Shown: piece by piece, positions 58,989 to 64,000 of the stretch
How the letters are laid out: every line of letters starts with the position of its first letter
Position numbering within the stretch: the first letter of the stretch is position 1
DNA from: Myxococcota bacterium
Lineage (GTDB): Bacteria; Myxococcota; XYA12-FULL-58-9; JALHOP01
Assembly: GCA_041288095.1 (NCBI GenBank)
Contig: JBGGMJ010000136.1
Coordinates: forward strand, 1 to 64,000
DNA: 64,000 nt
Reading direction: 5' to 3'
Translations under genes and position numbers: made by a program
The notes under the pieces: model-generated
Database searches by the model: none
What the model was told of the DNA's origin: nothing
Seen by the model: only the letters and a program-made list of their open reading frames with translations

Positions 58989-61325
58989 ATGCGTTGCCGC
59001 ATCCTAGTAGTCCTGGCCATGACCGCTGTAGCGGTCGGCTGCTTGGACAAAGCCGAGGTCGACGAAGCCGAGACCGCAGAGCTGCTCGTATCGCAGCCGC
59101 AGCTTCAGGATTTCGATCCGTCGAACAGCATCATTCCCTTCCCGAACATCTTGTTGCTGTCACCGACGACCGGCTTGAACACGCTGCCGGCGACGTGCGG
59201 TGAATCGACGGGCGCGCAGGGGCTCCGCGAAGGCGTACTCAATACGCTCGACGGCGTCGGCACCTGGCTGCCGGCGGTTTACGCCACCTTCACGGCGCCG
59301 GTGGACATCGCCAGCACCGAGGGGCTGGTCGCGGGTGAGGTCGACGAGAGCGACCGTGTCTTCCTGATCAAGCAAGTCGCCGACCCAGCCGACGCCGTCG
59401 CGGTGCCGGCGCAGGTGGGGCGCTTCCAGACCATTCGCTACAGCGACGCCCTGCCAACCTGTGGCGCCGCCAACGTGATCGATGCGATCACGGTGACGCC
59501 AATCGCGCCGCTCGACGACGACTCGGTCTACACCGTGGCCGTCCTCCAGGGCGTGACCTCGACCGACGGCGAGGAGTTCCAGCCGTCGACCGCTTGGTTC
59601 TTCAGCCGCCAGCTCGCGGCCCCGGTCAGCATCTTCGACCAGGACGAGGACGGCGTGCTCACGACAAGCGACGTCGTCTTCAACAACACGCCGCTCGATC
59701 AGTTCGATCCGCGCGACGCGAACGGCAACGGCGTCGCCGACACCATCGAGCGCCTGGCCGGCATTCAGCAGCTCTTCGGGCTGAACCAGCGCTTTCTCCC
59801 GTACGTCGACGACGCGCTCGACACCGTCACGGGTCGTGACGTCACGCGCGACGACATCCTCATCGCCTGGGCGTTCAAGACCCAGACCGTCGAGGAGCCT
59901 CTCGATCCGACGGCGGACAGCCCCGCCGCCATCGCGGTCGAGAACGCCGAGCTCGCTGGCCCCTTCGGCCCCATCGCGGGCGCCCCGGCCGGCGTCACGG
60001 TGCAGCAATTCTACGAAGCGAACCTCGGCGCTGGCATTTGCACCCAGCTGCCTTGCGCCGCCATCGGCAACATCTTCGGCGGTGGGCTCTCGGCGCCGAA
60101 CTTCCAGGTAGCCGGCCCGAACACCGGCGTCCTCACCGCCACGGTCCCCGGCACGTGGAACCACCCGCTCAATCCAACGGAGCAGCCGGGCACTCCGCTG
60201 CAAATCCTCGCGGTTCGCCCAGCGACGGCGGCGCCAGCCACCGGTTATCCACTGGTCGTCTTCGGACACGGCATCACGCGCTCGAAGGGTGACTTGCTCG
60301 CTATCGCGGGCCAGCTCGCTGGTCTCGGCATCGCAACGGTCGCCATCGACTGGCCGTTGCATGGCTCACGTGCGGTGCAGATCTTCCCCACGGGGTCGGC
60401 CTGCCAGTCCCCGAGTGATGCTGGCGCCCCCGACCCAACAGTCAGCGTGGCTTGCTTCCAGCCCATCCTGAGCTCCAATCTAGCCGCGACGCGTGACGGC
60501 TTCCGCCAGGGCGCGCTGGACATCATCAGCCTGGTTTCGGCCATGACCAGCGAGTGCGCGGCTCCCGATGGCGCGACGAACTGCAACGGCTTCGCCATCA
60601 ACGCGAACGCTGTCGGCTATATCGGACAGTCGCTGGGCACCGTCATCGGCACCCTGCCGGTGGCCATGGTCCCGGACTTCAAGGCCGCGGTGTTCAACGT
60701 CGGCGGCGTCAGCCTCACGACCATCCTCGAGAACACCGACAGCAATGCCTTGAAGTGCCCGCTGATCGACGCGCTGATCAGGAATGGCACGTTGCAGGGC
60801 AAGCTCTGGCAGCAGCCGGACAACTCTTTCAACAACCTCGATGCGCTCTGCGTTCAAACGAACACGACGCAGCCGATCGCCGTCGCCAGCCAGCCGGCGT
60901 TCCGCTCCTTCGCCGCGGCGACCCGCTGGATCGCCGATCCCTGCGACGGTGTGAACTTCCTCGACGTCATCGCCGGGAAGGTCGCCGGCGGCGACCTGCA
61001 CGTGCTCGTGCAGCAAGTCGAGGGTGACCTGGTGGTGCCGAACGAATCGACCGTCATCATGGGTCGGTTGCTCGGCTTCCAGGCCGCGACCGAGGCAACG
61101 ACGCCGACGTCCGCGTCGTTCACCGCCAGCACCGGCCTCGGCCTTCCGGCGACACCTGCTGCCTGGCTGAACTACAGCAGCGATGCGGTCACCTATGACC
61201 ACGGATCGCTGTTGGAGCCAGCCGAGGCGACCACGCCGGCACAGCTCGCGACGGGTCAGATGCAGACTGACGCCTTCACCTTCTTGGCCACCCAGCTCGC
61301 CGCCGCCGCGGCAGCCGCCGAGTAA
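58989..61325 (+). CDS. lipoprotein lipase, Pla-1/VolA-like (Lipase_bact_N + alpha/beta hydrolase)
   Basis: lipobox VAVGC; FDPSNSIIPFPN, LNTLDG, VVFGHGIT, AIDWPLHG, ATRDGFRQ, nucleophile GQSLG, DLVVPN, DHGSLL. Confidence 0.82.
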   Translation: MRCRILVVLAMTAVAVGCLDKAEVDEAETAELLVSQPQLQDFDPSNSIIPFPNILLLSPTTGLNTLPATCGESTGAQGLREGVLNTLDGVGTWLPAVYATFTAPVDIASTEGLVAGEVDESDRVFLIKQVADPADAVAVPAQVGRFQTIRYSDALPTCGAANVIDAITVTPIAPLDDDSVYTVAVLQGVTSTDGEEFQPSTAWFFSRQLAAPVSIFDQDEDGVLTTSDVVFNNTPLDQFDPRDANGNGVADTIERLAGIQQLFGLNQRFLPYVDDALDTVTGRDVTRDDILIAWAFKTQTVEEPLDPTADSPAAIAVENAELAGPFGPIAGAPAGVTVQQFYEANLGAGICTQLPCAAIGNIFGGGLSAPNFQVAGPNTGVLTATVPGTWNHPLNPTEQPGTPLQILAVRPATAAPATGYPLVVFGHGITRSKGDLLAIAGQLAGLGIATVAIDWPLHGSRAVQIFPTGSACQSPSDAGAPDPTVSVACFQPILSSNLAATRDGFRQGALDIISLVSAMTSECAAPDGATNCNGFAINANAVGYIGQSLGTVIGTLPVAMVPDFKAAVFNVGGVSLTTILENTDSNALKCPLIDALIRNGTLQGKLWQQPDNSFNNLDALCVQTNTTQPIAVASQPAFRSFAAATRWIADPCDGVNFLDVIAGKVAGGDLHVLVQQVEGDLVVPNESTVIMGRLLGFQAATEATTPTSASFTASTGLGLPATPAAWLNYSSDAVTYDHGSLLEPAEATTPAQLATGQMQTDAFTFLATQLAAAAAAAE

Positions 61326-61339
61326 CGAGGAAGCCCACG

Positions 61340-63382
61340 ATGAAATTGACTATGATGAAGAAAATTTCCGTCGGCCTCCTGGCAAGCGCTGTCATGCTCT
61401 CCGCGAGCATCGCGCAAGCCTCGGGCTTCTACCTGAGCAATCAGGGCGCGCGCGCCACCGGCCGCTCCAACGCGGTGGTCGCTAGCCCAGGCGACGCGTC
61501 GACCATCTGGTACAACCCGGCGGGTCTCGCGACCCTGGACGGGAAGTTCCAGCTCTATCTCGGCACGTCGCTGATCGCGCCGAACTACAGCTTCGTGCCC
61601 GCCGGTGGCGGCGAGCGCACCCATGACGACGTCGGCATTTTGCCAGCGCCGCATGCGTACCTGGGCGGCAAGGTCTTGCCGTTCCTCGCGCTCGGTCTCG
61701 GCTTCAACGCCTCGTACGGCGCGACCGTGCGCTGGGGTGAAGACTCGCCGGGCCGCACCGTCGTGCGCGAGCAGAGCTTGCGGACGCTGTGGTTCCAGCC
61801 GACCGCCTCGATCGACTTCTCCACGCTCGGCGTGAAGGGGCTGTCGATCGGCGCGACGCTCGACCTCGTGCACGCTTCGGCGTACCTGACGCGCGACATC
61901 GCGTTCGGCAACAACAGCTACGGCAGCGTCGCTCTCGACGGTACGGACTTCCGCGTTGGCGGACACTTCGGTGTCTTGTACCGCCCCGAGTTCGCGCCCG
62001 GCCTGTCGCTCGGCGCGCGCTATCAGCTGCCGATCCGCACCCGCCTCACCGGCACCGACAACGTCGACTTCGACGCGCCGGCTCCGGTGCGTGGCCTGCT
62101 GCCGCCTGACGGCAGCGGCAGCGTCGACTGCGTCGACATCCCGCAGCAGGTGATCATCGGTGGTGCCTACAAGTTCGCCAAGATGCTCGAGATCGAAGTC
62201 GACGCCATCTGGAACGACTGGTCGGACTTCGAACGCTTGCTCTTCACCTTCCCCGACGGTTCGACGTCGACGTCGGTCCGCCAGTACGAAGACCGCTGGG
62301 GCGTGCGCACCGGCGTCGAGCTCGACCTCGGTGTCGTCGTGCCGCGCATCGGTTACGAGTACGACCCGACGCCGATTCCGCGCGAATCGCTCGACCACAC
62401 GCTCCCCGACATCGTGCGCAACATCGTCACCGCTGGTGTGACCGTTCGTCCGACCTGCCACTTCTGGATCGACGCGGGCGGTTGGTACCTCCTTCCGAAG
62501 TCGCGCGAGACCATGGACGCGCCGTCGACGCGCCAACCGGTCATCGGCACCTTCCGCACCAGCGCTTGGGTCGCCGCCTTGAGCGTCGGCATGGCGTTCG
62601 GCAACGAAGAGAGCTGCGGCGCCAAGCCGGTTGCCGAGCCCACCGTGACCGACACGCCGCTCCGCGATAGCGACAGCGACGGCGTCTTCGATGCCAACGA
62701 TGCCTGCCCGACCGTGGCCGGCAACGACGGCACCGGCTGCCCGCTGCCGGTCGACGCGGACAATGACGGCGTCATGGACAACGTCGACAAGTGCCCCGGC
62801 GTGACCGGTGTGGCGCCCGACGGCTGCCCGCCCGCCGATCCGGACAAGGACGGCGTCGTGGGTGACGCGGATGCCTGCCCGAACGAGGCCGGCGACCCGC
62901 CGAACGGCTGCCCGAACCCGGATCCCGATGGTGACGGTATCGCTGGCGCCGCCGACACCTGCCCGAAGGAGCCGGAGACCAAGAACGGCTTCCAGGACAC
63001 GGACGGTTGCCCCGACGAGCTGCCCGCCGCGGTGGCCAAGTTCAACGGCAAGCTCGAGGGCGTGAAGTTCGCCACCGCGAGCTCGCGTCTCACCAAGGAC
63101 AGCTACGCGGCGCTCGACAGCATCGCGAAGACCTTGACCGAGTACCCCGAGCTCAAGCTCGAGATCTCGGGCCATACCGACAGCGTCGGTAACGCGGAGA
63201 AGAACCTGGTGCTCTCGCAGGGTCGCGCTGACTCGGTGAAGAAGTACCTGGCCGGCAAGGGTGTAGCCGCCGAGCGCCTGACGGCGATTGGCTACGGCGC
63301 CGACAAGCCGGTTGCGGACAACGCTACGAAGGAAGGCCAGGCGGCCAACCGTCGCATCGAGTTCCGTATCCTCACCAACTAA
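61340..63382 (+). CDS. FadL/TodX-type outer-membrane transporter fused to TSP3 repeats and an OmpA C-terminal domain
   Basis: signal peptide, ASGFYL..GARATGR..DASTIWYNPAGL, DPTPIP..TLPD; D.D.DGV.D..D.CP repeats; EISGHTDSVG..LSQGRA..GYG..NRRIEF. Confidence 0.85.
   Translation: MKLTMMKKISVGLLASAVMLSASIAQASGFYLSNQGARATGRSNAVVASPGDASTIWYNPAGLATLDGKFQLYLGTSLIAPNYSFVPAGGGERTHDDVGILPAPHAYLGGKVLPFLALGLGFNASYGATVRWGEDSPGRTVVREQSLRTLWFQPTASIDFSTLGVKGLSIGATLDLVHASAYLTRDIAFGNNSYGSVALDGTDFRVGGHFGVLYRPEFAPGLSLGARYQLPIRTRLTGTDNVDFDAPAPVRGLLPPDGSGSVDCVDIPQQVIIGGAYKFAKMLEIEVDAIWNDWSDFERLLFTFPDGSTSTSVRQYEDRWGVRTGVELDLGVVVPRIGYEYDPTPIPRESLDHTLPDIVRNIVTAGVTVRPTCHFWIDAGGWYLLPKSRETMDAPSTRQPVIGTFRTSAWVAALSVGMAFGNEESCGAKPVAEPTVTDTPLRDSDSDGVFDANDACPTVAGNDGTGCPLPVDADNDGVMDNVDKCPGVTGVAPDGCPPADPDKDGVVGDADACPNEAGDPPNGCPNPDPDGDGIAGAADTCPKEPETKNGFQDTDGCPDELPAAVAKFNGKLEGVKFATASSRLTKDSYAALDSIAKTLTEYPELKLEISGHTDSVGNAEKNLVLSQGRADSVKKYLAGKGVAAERLTAIGYGADKPVADNATKEGQAANRRIEFRILTN
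62665..63020 (+). repeat. thrombospondin type-3-like Ca-binding coding repeats
   Basis: DSDSDGVFDANDACP, DADNDGVMDNVDKCP, DPDKDGVVGDADACP, DPDGDGIAGAADTCP, DTDGCPD. Confidence 0.8.
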
Positions 63383-63396
63383 TTAGGCGTTTTCCC

Positions 63397-63444
63397 AAGG
63401 CCCGCGCTGGGGTTTTCACCCCCGGCGCGGGCTTTGCTCTTTTT
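63397..63444 (+). terminator. rho-independent terminator
   Basis: GCCCGCGCtGGGG/CCCCgGCGCGGGC hairpin followed by tttgctcttttt after the FadL-OmpA gene. Confidence 0.72.
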
Positions 63445-63475
63445 GGCGGCCGTCGTTGAGTGTACGACATAGGGG

Positions 63476-64000
63476 ATGTCCCTCGTCGGCACGCGCCTTG
63501 GAAAATACGAGCTCGCCGCCGAGATCGGTCACGGCGGCATGAGCGTCGTGTACCGAGCGCACGACACGCAATTGAAGCGCGACGTCGCCGTCAAGGTCAT
63601 GCACGCGTTCATGGCCGAGCAGCCCGAGGCACGCGAGCGATTCCATCGCGAAGCCGTCGCGGTCGCGCGGTTACGGCATCCGAACATCATCGAGATCTTC
63701 GACTACTCGGGCGAGAAGGCCTCGACCAGCTACATCGTCATGGAGCTCGTCGACGGGACCGCTTTGGCGGACGCGGTGCGCGACCGGCCACTCTCTTGTC
63801 CCGAGGCCGCGTTGATCCTCGCGCGCCCCATCGCCGATGCCCTCGACTCCGCCCATAAAGGCGGCGTCGTGCACCGCGACTTGAAGCCCGAGAACATCTT
63901 GCTCGGGCGCCACGGCGAGCTGAAGCTCACCGACTTCGGCATCGCCCGTATCCTCGACAACCAGGCGATGACGATGACGGGCACCCTCCTGGGGTCACCC
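63476..64000 (+). CDS. Ser/Thr protein kinase, partial (runs off window end)
   Basis: not in the ORF track; MSLVGTRLGKYELAAEIGHGGMSVVY..VAVKVM..HPNII..HRDLKPEN..DFGIA. Confidence 0.92.
   Translation, partial: MSLVGTRLGKYELAAEIGHGGMSVVYRAHDTQLKRDVAVKVMHAFMAEQPEARERFHREAVAVARLRHPNIIEIFDYSGEKASTSYIVMELVDGTALADAVRDRPLSCPEAALILARPIADALDSAHKGGVVHRDLKPENILLGRHGELKLTDFGIARILDNQAMTMTGTLLGSP

Overview
High-GC bacterial chromosome segment. Gene content (Hanks-type Ser/Thr kinases, PEGA and FHA-GGDEF proteins, TPR-cNMP protein, TSP3-OmpA repeats) suggests a Myxococcota/deltaproteobacterial genome (inference). The backbone is housekeeping: rpsU, GspE/PilB ATPase, scpA-scpB-rluB, xerD, Mrp/ApbC, cysQ, thiolase, mutL, pgi, LysM-M23, surE, thrS-infC // rpmI-rplT-pheS-pheT-ihfA-MerR, and tRNA-Lys/Pro/Val. 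Between these genes sit orphan ORFs with no obvious Sec signal peptide. The main observation is that eight of these scattered orphans share an upstream bipartite motif, GCAAC-N14/15-(G/C)CCGATA, resembling a sigma-28 (FliA/WhiG) promoter with a variant -35; six matches have exact spacing. They include a peptidoglycan-binding protein, a GH162-like beta-1,2-glucanase, a permuted papain-like protein, an M15-like peptidase and small hydrophobic proteins. This looks like a dispersed, co-regulated set of candidate envelope-attacking effectors. The right end holds a possible split receptor kinase (kinase-TM plus TM-PEGA-PBP), a TonB receptor/binding lipoprotein/porin operon, and a lipid-scavenging locus (surface lipase, FadL-TSP3-OmpA fusion, divergent FadD). 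No CRISPR array, rRNA or intact mobile element was seen. All family calls come from motif recognition by eye, not from database searches.
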